Shown: positions 25,631 to 32,000 of the stretch, in pieces
Position numbering within the stretch: position 1 is the stretch's first letter
Layout of the letters: each line of letters opens with the position of its first letter
NCBI RefSeq assembly: GCF_000018105.1
Contig: NC_009925.1
Span: 6,180,001-6,212,000, forward strand
Length of the DNA stretch: 32,000 nucleotides
Source: Acaryochloris marina MBIC11017
GTDB lineage: Bacteria; Cyanobacteriota; Cyanobacteriia; Thermosynechococcales; Thermosynechococcaceae
Reading direction: 5' to 3'
The notes under the pieces: generated by a model
What the model was told of the DNA's origin: nothing
The model's input: the letters and a program-made list of their open reading frames with translations, nothing else
Databases searched by the model: none
Made by a program: the position numbers and the translations under genes

Positions 25631-27440
25631 GGATCTAGTCCACTTTTGGTGATGCTTGAGAAAATGCACGCAAAGCTATAAGCAGCAACTACTTCAGCTC
25701 ATAAGCACCAAGCGTTTATTCAAAAGGTCGAGACCAGCCCTCCCATACATTTGGCGCTTCACCATTTTCAATCGATTATTTTGTCCTTCAACCTGGCCAT
25801 TACTCACTTCCAGTGTTAGGGCAGCTTTGACCGCTTCGTAGTCGTCTAGGAGCCCTTTCGCAAAACTCTGAAAAGGTTTCAGTGCACTATTTTTAGCTCT
25901 GTCCAACCACGGGTCTAGATGTTGAGGTAATCTCTTCCTGACGATGAAGAGCAAGCTTTGAGCCAGATCAATGGCTTTTGAGAGTTCAGGTTGACTACTC
26001 AGCTGTTCCAAAATTGTCTCATCCTCTTCCGTTAGATTTTCCACCTTGCGCATCACCAACCAAGCCGCCCTCTGAACTGTCAAAGGCTTTTGGATGAGCT
26101 CTTGAGCCTCAGGAACAGGTCCTCTTCCTGGTAGCTCATTGAGGGAATCTCGTGGAGGCTGCGGGGGTAGAGACTGACGCAATTTGTGAGTGTAGCGAAC
26201 GACCATCGTATAACTGCCCTTGAAGCCCTGCTGCTGAATCTCTGCTAATAATTGTTTGGAATTCTGACGACCTTTATTCCATTGTTCAAGCAGGTAGGCT
26301 TTGTAAGGGTTAAGACCACTCCATCCTCGTCGGGGATGGGTTTTATACTCTTGAAATGTATCAGCAGCTAGGTAGGTATACACAGTGCGTTTGCCAATCC
26401 CCAGATGATGAGCAATATCTTTGATCAGGTAACCTTGCTTGCGTAAAGCATGAGTCTGCTCGTATTTTTCCAATCTTCGAGCCCGATTTTGAGCCTTACG
26501 AGAATTAGGATCAACTTGAGGTTTCACCACAGGCTGGCTCATTGCTTCTGTGTCTTGATGCTCAGCAAGTGTAGCTTTCAGCAGGGTGTACTCGACTGTC
26601 TTGATTACTTGGGAATGAGAGCTAAACACGTTTTCTAGAATTTCTTCAAGGTTCTGGAGTAGATGAAAGCGGTCTGCAACCTGCAATGCATCAGGTGCCC
26701 CTTCACTTGCTCCTGATTTATATGCCTTGGAGCGATCACGAGAAATGACTTCGACACCAGGGTGCTCGTTCAACCAATCTGCTAACGTGTCTGCTTTGCG
26801 ATCTGTTAACAAGACAATAGGTTGATGCTTTTCAAGGTCCACAAGAATGGTGCCATATTCATGGCCTCTGCGAAGTGCAAAATCATCCACCCCTAATATT
26901 TTGGGCGTTGTCACTGAGGGAAGTGGAAGCTTGAAGAGGGCTCTCAACATAGTATTGCGACTACTTCCATAATTGATTTGATAACTCAGCCGGGCTGCAG
27001 CTGCACCACCAAGGGCCAAGCCAATCGAACTAAGGTGTTCTGCAAAGCGAACTGTCCTCCGAGCCCAAGGAACCGCGACCTGGGGTAGTCGCTCAGTAAA
27101 AATGCGACGCTTACAAGTTTTATTGGAACAGAAGAACTTGCAAACTTGAAGCAGAATAGTCAGACAGAATTCCACACAGGGAAGATCTCTCAAGGTCCGC
27201 TCATAGCGACTGTGAACCCGGTGTGATGTTTGATGGCAGACTGGGCAACAAGCCAAAGCTTGAGTTGAAGAAACATGGAAGGTCATCTGATGGTTTGTGG
27301 AGTCAAGATCCCAACTGTCCAAGTGAAGGGTGTCTTGGCACGGAAGGAATTGTTGGAAGAGTTCCATAACCAGACCTGGCAAGGGTTTACTCCTCTATCC
27401 TCTACCGCATAGTTGGCATCACCAAAAGAGGACAAGAGCC
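25631..27440 (-). mobile_element. ISL3-family insertion sequence, copy 2 (1810 bp)
   Basis: It has the same orientation as copy 1 at an offset of exactly 1818 bp. It matches copy 1 at the stretches I compared by eye (not base by base), and the translated ORFs are identical. The 8-bp spacer CGAGGTTA (25623-25630) separates the two copies. Confidence 0.9.
25694..27382 (-). CDS. ISL3-family transposase
   Basis: Its 562-aa translation is identical to that of 23876-25564. Confidence 0.9.
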   Translation of the reverse strand: MPGLVMELFQQFLPCQDTLHLDSWDLDSTNHQMTFHVSSTQALACCPVCHQTSHRVHSRYERTLRDLPCVEFCLTILLQVCKFFCSNKTCKRRIFTERLPQVAVPWARRTVRFAEHLSSIGLALGGAAAARLSYQINYGSSRNTMLRALFKLPLPSVTTPKILGVDDFALRRGHEYGTILVDLEKHQPIVLLTDRKADTLADWLNEHPGVEVISRDRSKAYKSGASEGAPDALQVADRFHLLQNLEEILENVFSSHSQVIKTVEYTLLKATLAEHQDTEAMSQPVVKPQVDPNSRKAQNRARRLEKYEQTHALRKQGYLIKDIAHHLGIGKRTVYTYLAADTFQEYKTHPRRGWSGLNPYKAYLLEQWNKGRQNSKQLLAEIQQQGFKGSYTMVVRYTHKLRQSLPPQPPRDSLNELPGRGPVPEAQELIQKPLTVQRAAWLVMRKVENLTEEDETILEQLSSQPELSKAIDLAQSLLFIVRKRLPQHLDPWLDRAKNSALKPFQSFAKGLLDDYEAVKAALTLEVSNGQVEGQNNRLKMVKRQMYGRAGLDLLNKRLVLMS

Positions 27441-27576
27441 CAATGTTCTTGCACTCGTGAAATTTATCGCAGCTTGGCAACCACATTGGGACAGCGCACC
27501 TATCGTTAAAGAGTTCAATCTACCTAAGCAATTTACGGTAGCAGACTACATTGAGCAAAATTTGGAAAATATCTAG
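27441..27576 (+). pseudogene. displaced 3-prime end (42 codons plus stop) of the NmrA-like gene, beginning with the right copy of the 8-bp target duplication
   Basis: After CAATGTTC (27441-27448) the original frame continues as LALVKFIAAWQPHWDSAPIVKEFNLPKQFTVADYIEQNLENI, ending at the TAG at 27574-27576. Confidence 0.8.
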
Positions 27577-28390
27577 AATATAATGCAACAGAATTGATGA
27601 TTCTGTCATTTACTTTCCACAACTACTTAAGAATTTCTATTTCCCAGAACCCAACCATTGTAATACCCTATATTTCTTAGTTTTTAGAATTGAGACCAAT
27701 AGCAAGTGGGTACAGTGTGAATATTGAAAAGTAATGGGTCGAATTGGTTGGTATAACTTTAATTAGCAGATTTACTTGAATCTTTCTTCCAAGAAATTGT
27801 CTCAGCCAACTTTGCAGAAGCCTTCTTCTGAAGCTGTTTGCGATTGTCATCATAGAACTTGAGCGTATTGAGATTGGCGTGTCGGGAATAGGCTTGTGCC
27901 CCCCGTAAATCCCCACCGGTCATTTCTAGATAAGTCGTAGTGCCGCTGTGACGTACCTTATGAGGCCCAAAGTTCTCGCTAACCCCTGCCTTCTTCGCTA
28001 GAGCCCGGACAATCCGATACACCGATGTCCCCGACAACCTCGACCCCCAATTCGCCCGATCCAACGAGATAAACAACGGCTCCGTGAGGCCATAAACTTC
28101 TCGCAGTTCCAGCCACTCTGAAATGGCTCGTACCCCACTTTCCGTCAAATCAATCCACTCCCTTTCATTCCTTCCTTTCCCTAAAATCGACAAACGTTTT
28201 TGCTCCGAGTCAAAATGACGGACATCACAGCCCACTAGCTCAGACCGTCGCAATCCCGCCTCCCAGAGTAGCGTCATCATGGCGAAATCCCGAGCCCCAG
28301 CTAGGGAAAACCGATTGATGAATACCATCATCAGTCGAAATTTAGAGGCTGTAATTCCTCTGGTATCTCGATAAGGTTTCACCGATAAAC

Positions 28391-29449
28391 GGCTTTGTTG
28401 CATGAATCGCGTAAAGGCTAGATGAATTGCCTCTCCTCGTTATTCTTAAGCTTCAACCCAAACAGTCTCGGGTTTGGCGATCTGAATCATTCGATTGAGT
28501 GCCGCACACTGCAGGAGTAACTCTGTGGCTTGATTATCAAAGTTACGGGAACGTACCTGACCCCCAAAGATAGTTTTGAAGCGAAACATCGTCGTTTCAG
28601 CTAGAGACCGCCGATGATAGTGGGCTTGTTTTTTCCACCTCTTTCGTCCCTGTTTTCGGATGGCTCTGAGATTTTGATCTCGTGGATGGGGTGGAGCATT
28701 GCAGTTTCCATGTTGCCAAATTTTGGCATTCTTCCTTGGGGGAATTGCAGCTGTGGCATTGCGCTCCATGAGGGCATCATAGCAATGACTTTGGTCATAG
28801 GCTCCGTCAGCAGAGACCTGTTCAATCTCATCGTCGATGCCTTCAAGGAGATCTTCAAACACTTCACCATCCTGAACGTCATTGGTTGTCACGACACCCG
28901 TGAGAATTTCTCCAGTGGACTCATCAACACTCAAGTGAAGTTTACGCCACGTCCGACGTTTGCTCACACCATGTTGCCTGGTTTTCCACTCTCCTTCACC
29001 ATAGACTTTGACCCCTGTGCTATCGATAACGACGTGAATGGCACCTTGCTTAGGTATAACGGGCAATGAAATCGATAGCTGACCTTTCCGCCGAGAGACG
29101 GTGCTGTGGTCACAAACGGGAAGCTCAATTCCCATCAACTCAAACAATGAATTTAGAAATCCTTCGGTTTGACGCCCTGCTAAACCATAGATACATTTGA
29201 CGGTCTCGAAGGTGGAGATTGCTGTATCGCTATAGGTCAGAGAGGCTCCCCGCTTTTGTCTCGGTGTGGTTTCTAGCCAATGAACGATAGCTGATTGTTC
29301 GAGCCAGAAGGTCACACTTCCCCGCTGTTTGAGACCAGCGTTATACTCGGACCAGTTGCGGATTTGGTAACTCATGGGCTAGCGGTTTTTGGTGGTACAT
29401 AAACTCTAGCCCGCGCCTAATCCGCAGCACCTATTCATGCAACAACGCC
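28391..29449 (-). mobile_element. IS5-family, IS903-group insertion sequence (1059 bp)
   Basis: The inverted repeats GGCTTTGTTGCATGAAT (28391-28407) and GGCGTTGTTGCATGAAT (reverse complement of 29433-29449) match at 16 of 17 positions. They resemble the IS903 end GGCTTTGTTGAATAAATC. The 9-bp direct repeat CCGATAAAC lies at 28382-28390 and 29450-29458. Confidence 0.9.
28446..29375 (-). CDS. IS5-family (IS903-group) DDE transposase
   Basis: 309-aa ORF containing NWSEYNAGLKQRGSVTFW, VIDSTGVKVYGEGEWKTRQHG..RRTWRKLHL, SADGAYD and YHRRSLAETTMFRFK. Confidence 0.9.
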   Translation of the reverse strand: MSYQIRNWSEYNAGLKQRGSVTFWLEQSAIVHWLETTPRQKRGASLTYSDTAISTFETVKCIYGLAGRQTEGFLNSLFELMGIELPVCDHSTVSRRKGQLSISLPVIPKQGAIHVVIDSTGVKVYGEGEWKTRQHGVSKRRTWRKLHLSVDESTGEILTGVVTTNDVQDGEVFEDLLEGIDDEIEQVSADGAYDQSHCYDALMERNATAAIPPRKNAKIWQHGNCNAPPHPRDQNLRAIRKQGRKRWKKQAHYHRRSLAETTMFRFKTIFGGQVRSRNFDNQATELLLQCAALNRMIQIAKPETVWVEA

Positions 29450-29958
29450 CCGATAAACCATCAACTTCCGTCAAAGTCCAATCACACATCTCTAAACGAC
29501 GGGCCATCCGCACCATGGACTTCACTGCGGACAACCGCCGATTGATAGTATTCGCTTGTAACCCTCGCTGCATCATGCATTCTCGATACCGAGCGGCTAA
29601 TTCTAAAGCCTTCAGTCTGCCAATCCCCACAAAGGATTGACTCAGCCTAGATAATTCCCTCTTCACCTGCGCCTTTATCTCACTTTTTCGCTTCGGTCCC
29701 TCAACTCCATAGACCATTTCCCCTTGGGTCACGAATAAAAAGAAGTCCACCAGATCCTTGGTATACCCTTCCCGCGTGGAGGGTTTGGTTTTCTCCACCA
29801 AGACTGCTCTAAGCAAATCGATATCAACTGCCGACTCATCGATTTCTAAGCGAACTAACCCTGATGCTTCCATTTGCGATCGCAATATTCTCACCTATCC
29901 ATTTTAGTGTACGTCAATGGCGATTTCCGTACACATAACCCAATTAATCATTATTTGG

Positions 29959-29980
29959 ACTTTGACTAAACTTTGACTAA
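29959..29980. repeat. tandem 11-bp direct repeat ACTTTGACTAA x2 in the integrase-hicA divergent region
   Basis: Two perfect adjacent copies lie at 29959-29969 and 29970-29980, each containing TTGACT. A 7-bp inverted repeat GTGTACG-N14-CGTACAC lies at 29907-29934. Confidence 0.7.
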
Positions 29981-30033
29981 TAAGCATGGTAGAGTGAGGT
30001 CATCTGCTACATCATCGCTGGAGAGAGAGGTGG

Positions 30034-30249
30034 ATGCCTAAGAAGATTCGTGAGATCAAGGCTATGCTCAAGGAGGCTGGGTTTATCTCCCGACCGGGCA
30101 AATACTCTCACAGTAACTGGAAGCATCCTCAATTGCCCCAGGTGATCACGGTTGCCCGCAAAGATGGGGCAGATGCCCCACTCTATTTGGAACGCAAAGT
30201 GCAGAAAGCGCTACAGCAATTGGAGGCGTTATCGAATGACTCAGACTAA
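30034..30249 (+). CDS. hicA: HicA-family type II toxin (mRNA interferase)
   Basis: 71-aa ORF. IKAMLKEAGFISRPGKYSHSNWKHP fits the HicA pattern (L...GF...R..GSH....HP) except that Tyr replaces the Gly before Ser-His. GAGAGAGAGG lies upstream. The gene overlaps the next gene by 14 nt. Confidence 0.75.
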   Translation: MPKKIREIKAMLKEAGFISRPGKYSHSNWKHPQLPQVITVARKDGADAPLYLERKVQKALQQLEALSNDSD

Positions 30250-30457
30250 GTATCGAATGGTGATCGAGTGGTCGGAAGAGGATCAATGCTATGTAGTGTC
30301 GTTACCAGAATTTGACCGGGTGATGCAGCCCGTTACTGATGGCCAAACCTATGAAGAGGCTGCTAAACATGGGCAGGAAGCCATAGAATCCTTGATGGAA
30401 TTCTACGAAGCGGAAGGCTGGACTTTGCCTGCCCCTCAAATGATGCAAATGGTTTAG
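30236..30457 (+). CDS. hicB: HicB-family antitoxin, short form with only the N-terminal (UPF0150-type) domain
   Basis: 73 aa from the ATG at 30236. YRMVIEWSEEDQCYVVSLPEF..VMQPVTDGQTYEEAAKHGQEAIESLMEFYEAEGWTLPAP is typical of the HicB N-domain. No RHH or HTH tail is present. Confidence 0.75.
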   Translation: MTQTKYRMVIEWSEEDQCYVVSLPEFDRVMQPVTDGQTYEEAAKHGQEAIESLMEFYEAEGWTLPAPQMMQMV

Positions 30458-30461
30458 GACG

Positions 30462-30941
30462 ATGGCCCGTGCGATCGCAGAAAAATGCCGTCGATGTTCC
30501 AAGCTACCCGTGGACCAAGCAAAGTTAAAGGAGTGCTGGGTGGGCCAGCGTTGCCATGTGCGACGTTCCTCGTATAAACACCGCGATCGCTATAACCGAA
30601 ATAAGAAACGGAAATATCAACTACAGACGGGGAAGCTGATTCCTGAAGTTACGGTGGAAGTCCCCGTCAAACCTGCGGCTATTCGACGGATGTATCGAGC
30701 GAGAAGGGATGCGCCCCTTCATGCCATGTCAGCGGAGCTGTGGATAGGCCAAAAGCGGGTTGCGATCGTTGAGCCTGTCCATACCCTGGGGTGGACTAAC
30801 TCTGATGTGACGAAATACTCCAGGAATATACTCAACCGCTTCTCTGAGCATTTAGACGGAAAAGTACTGCATCAGTTTGATTCACAAGTCGAAGTGGATC
30901 CAAGTCAATGCCCGATTCGTCCCTGCCCTTTGTTCCCGTAG
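30462..30941 (+). CDS. hypothetical protein, very basic, N-terminal Cys4-type zinc-ribbon-like motif
   Basis: 159-aa ORF starting 4 nt after the hicB stop, with AGGA upstream. It contains CRRC-x12-C-x5-CH followed by RRSSYKHRDRYNRNKKRKYQ. My hand count gives about 32 K+R against about 15 D+E. I do not recognise the family. Confidence 0.5.
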   Translation: MARAIAEKCRRCSKLPVDQAKLKECWVGQRCHVRRSSYKHRDRYNRNKKRKYQLQTGKLIPEVTVEVPVKPAAIRRMYRARRDAPLHAMSAELWIGQKRVAIVEPVHTLGWTNSDVTKYSRNILNRFSEHLDGKVLHQFDSQVEVDPSQCPIRPCPLFP

Positions 30942-30954
30942 GAGGTTGTTCACG

Positions 30955-31620
30955 ATGGCATTGCAACTGGAACTCGATCTTTGGCAGCAGTTGAATCAAG
31001 CGGAAGCGGTTCCAGTGGAGAGCGACCTCCAGCAGTTGCAGGAGCGATTGGACTTAGTAGTCGCCCAGTTGCCATTAGAGGAGAAGTTATCCACGGCGGG
31101 GACTGCCCTATTGCAGATGGCAGAAATCTTGAGTCGGCGAGCGGAGGTCTTCCTCAGGGACTGGCGAGATGCCCACAACGATGACGGTCCCATCCTTGAT
31201 TTGGATGACGAAATGGGGATGGTTCGGCAATCCATGGTGTTAGACGATGATCTAATTGCTGAACCCGACCCGGTGACTCGGCGAACATTGCCCAAAGAGG
31301 AGTGTGAGTCGATCGTTGTGCTCAAGGACAAGGCATCGTTGCTGGAAGAGCTGGAGACTGAGTTAAGGGTTGAGCAACCTGATGAAGTCTTGCAAGTCTT
31401 GGAAGAAGAGGATGTTTTGGCATGGGTACATGCCATCTCAACGTACTTACAGGGGACATCTGGGATGGTGCCTTTGGTCGAGCTAAAACAGGAGCTACAG
31501 CTGTCACTGGTACCTATCTGGCTAGGAATGCTACTCGGTGGATTTCAGTTTGAGCAGCGGGGTGGGTTTTACGATCAGAATGTCTGGATTAAGACGGGTG
31601 CCTTGAACAGCCAGCCTTGA
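30955..31620 (+). CDS. hypothetical protein, strongly acidic
   Basis: 221 aa from the ATG at 30955, with GGAGG overlapping the upstream stop codon. It has a coiled-coil-like N-terminus and D/E-rich centre (LDLDDEMG, LDDDLIAEPDP, LEEEDV). The hydrophobic C-terminal block is LVPIWLGMLLGGFQFEQRGGFY. I do not recognise the family. Confidence 0.5.
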   Translation: MALQLELDLWQQLNQAEAVPVESDLQQLQERLDLVVAQLPLEEKLSTAGTALLQMAEILSRRAEVFLRDWRDAHNDDGPILDLDDEMGMVRQSMVLDDDLIAEPDPVTRRTLPKEECESIVVLKDKASLLEELETELRVEQPDEVLQVLEEEDVLAWVHAISTYLQGTSGMVPLVELKQELQLSLVPIWLGMLLGGFQFEQRGGFYDQNVWIKTGALNSQP

Positions 31621-31733
31621 AGACTATCTCCCTTTTTTAGAAGACCTCTGCAAGAAGCCGTACCTGGATAACTCGGATGAGATGCTAGTGATACACTCAA
31701 TCAGCGAATCGAATACGAATCACGGAGCAGCGG

Positions 31734-31985
31734 GTGGCACAATGGGAATCCATTGACCATGATGGCCTGTTCAAAGAACTGATCGAAACGTTCTTTTGGG
31801 AATTCTTAAATTTGTTTTTGCTTCAAGTCTTTGACTATGTAGAGCGCGGACCCGTCACGTTTTTATTCCAAGAAGTCTACAGCAGTATTGGTGCTGAAGA
31901 GAGGCGCATCATCGACCTGCTCGGTGCGGGTTCACTTGCCCTTACAATAAGCCCTTTGCTCAACGTCAAATCTTGTTGGATTTAG
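31734..31985 (+). pseudogene. remnant of a cyanobacterial Rpn-like / PD-(D/E)XK putative transposase gene
   Basis: DHDGLFKELIETFFWEFLNLFLLQVFDYVERGPVTFLFQEVYSSIGAEERRIIDLL matches the N-terminal 60 aa of the DHDRLFKELL...FLDKEVFTD family, whose full-length members are about 300 aa. The ORF then diverges and stops at 31985. Confidence 0.5.
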
Positions 31986-32000
31986 ATCCTCTGGTTGAAC

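Larger units (their letters stand above)
27759..29894 (-). pseudogene. tyrosine-type site-specific recombinase/integrase, split by an IS insertion
   Basis: The N-terminal core-binding part (29894 down to 29450) contains TREGYTKDLVDFF and ANTINRRLSAVKSMVRMARRL. The C-terminal catalytic part (28390 down to 27759) contains ARDFAMMTLLWEAGLRRSEL, HKVRHSGTT and RHANLNTLKFYDD. Removing the IS and one repeat copy joins them in frame as ...TEVDGLSVKPYRDTRG... Confidence 0.85.

Noticed and set aside
25598-25655. I considered whether the IRR-8bp-IRL junction of the IS dimer forms a strong hybrid promoter for the copy-1 transposase, as in IS911, IS2 and IS30.
   Set aside because: Reading the minus strand across the junction, I found no convincing TTGACA-N17-TATAAT arrangement. 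This remains an experimental question.
30996-31436. A 146-aa Ser-rich ORF runs antisense to the acidic protein gene.
   Set aside because: Reverse-complementing GAx/GAG-rich codons produces Ser and Leu runs. The ORF has low complexity, no ribosome-binding site and no recognisable motifs.
1-32000. I looked for CRISPR arrays, tRNA or rRNA genes, reverse transcriptase-based elements (retrons, DGRs, group II introns) and known multi-gene defence systems.
   Set aside because: I saw no regularly spaced short repeats, no tRNA-like T-arm or acceptor patterns and no RT or Cas-like ORFs. The only long repeat is the IS duplication. A dedicated scan (tRNAscan-SE, Infernal, minced) would be needed for certainty.

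Overview
This is a cyanobacterial accessory region. I hand-counted 18 copies of the HIP1 octamer GCGATCGC in 32 kb, where about 0.5 is expected by chance. All family calls come from motif recognition by eye; no searches were run.

Positions 1-20 kb hold tightly packed small redox and detoxification genes, mostly grouped in short modules with their own regulators (four TetR regulators across the window, one AraC). The enzymes are a VOC/glyoxalase-like protein, a SAM methyltransferase, a P-loop NTPase, a GST, a CrtI-like FAD oxidoreductase, two tandem NmrA paralogues, an MDR quinone reductase, an atypical SDR, two tandem DUF1772 membrane proteins and a saccharopine-dehydrogenase-like protein. 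A frameshifted trpF, a HAD hydrolase and a DUF4269 protein also sit here.

Positions 20-32 kb are rich in mobile DNA:
- An AT-richer TetR-SRPBCC-alpha/beta hydrolase-membrane-NmrA operon carries the same palindromic operator twice. Its last gene is cut 42 codons before its stop by a head-to-tail dimer of a 1810-bp ISL3-family element, arranged IS, 8 bp, IS, inside a single 8-bp target duplication.
- A tyrosine integrase is split in frame by a 1059-bp IS903-group element with a 9-bp duplication.
- A hicA-hicB pair is followed in tight series by a very basic zinc-ribbon protein and a very acidic protein, neither of which I recognise.

Gene decay is frequent: the trpF frameshift, a TetR nonsense codon with an open in-frame tail, and remnants of Uma2, P-loop and Rpn-like genes. 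I saw no rRNA, tRNA, CRISPR array, reverse transcriptase or known multi-gene defence system. The most unusual items are the IS dimer and the hicAB-linked basic/acidic gene pair.
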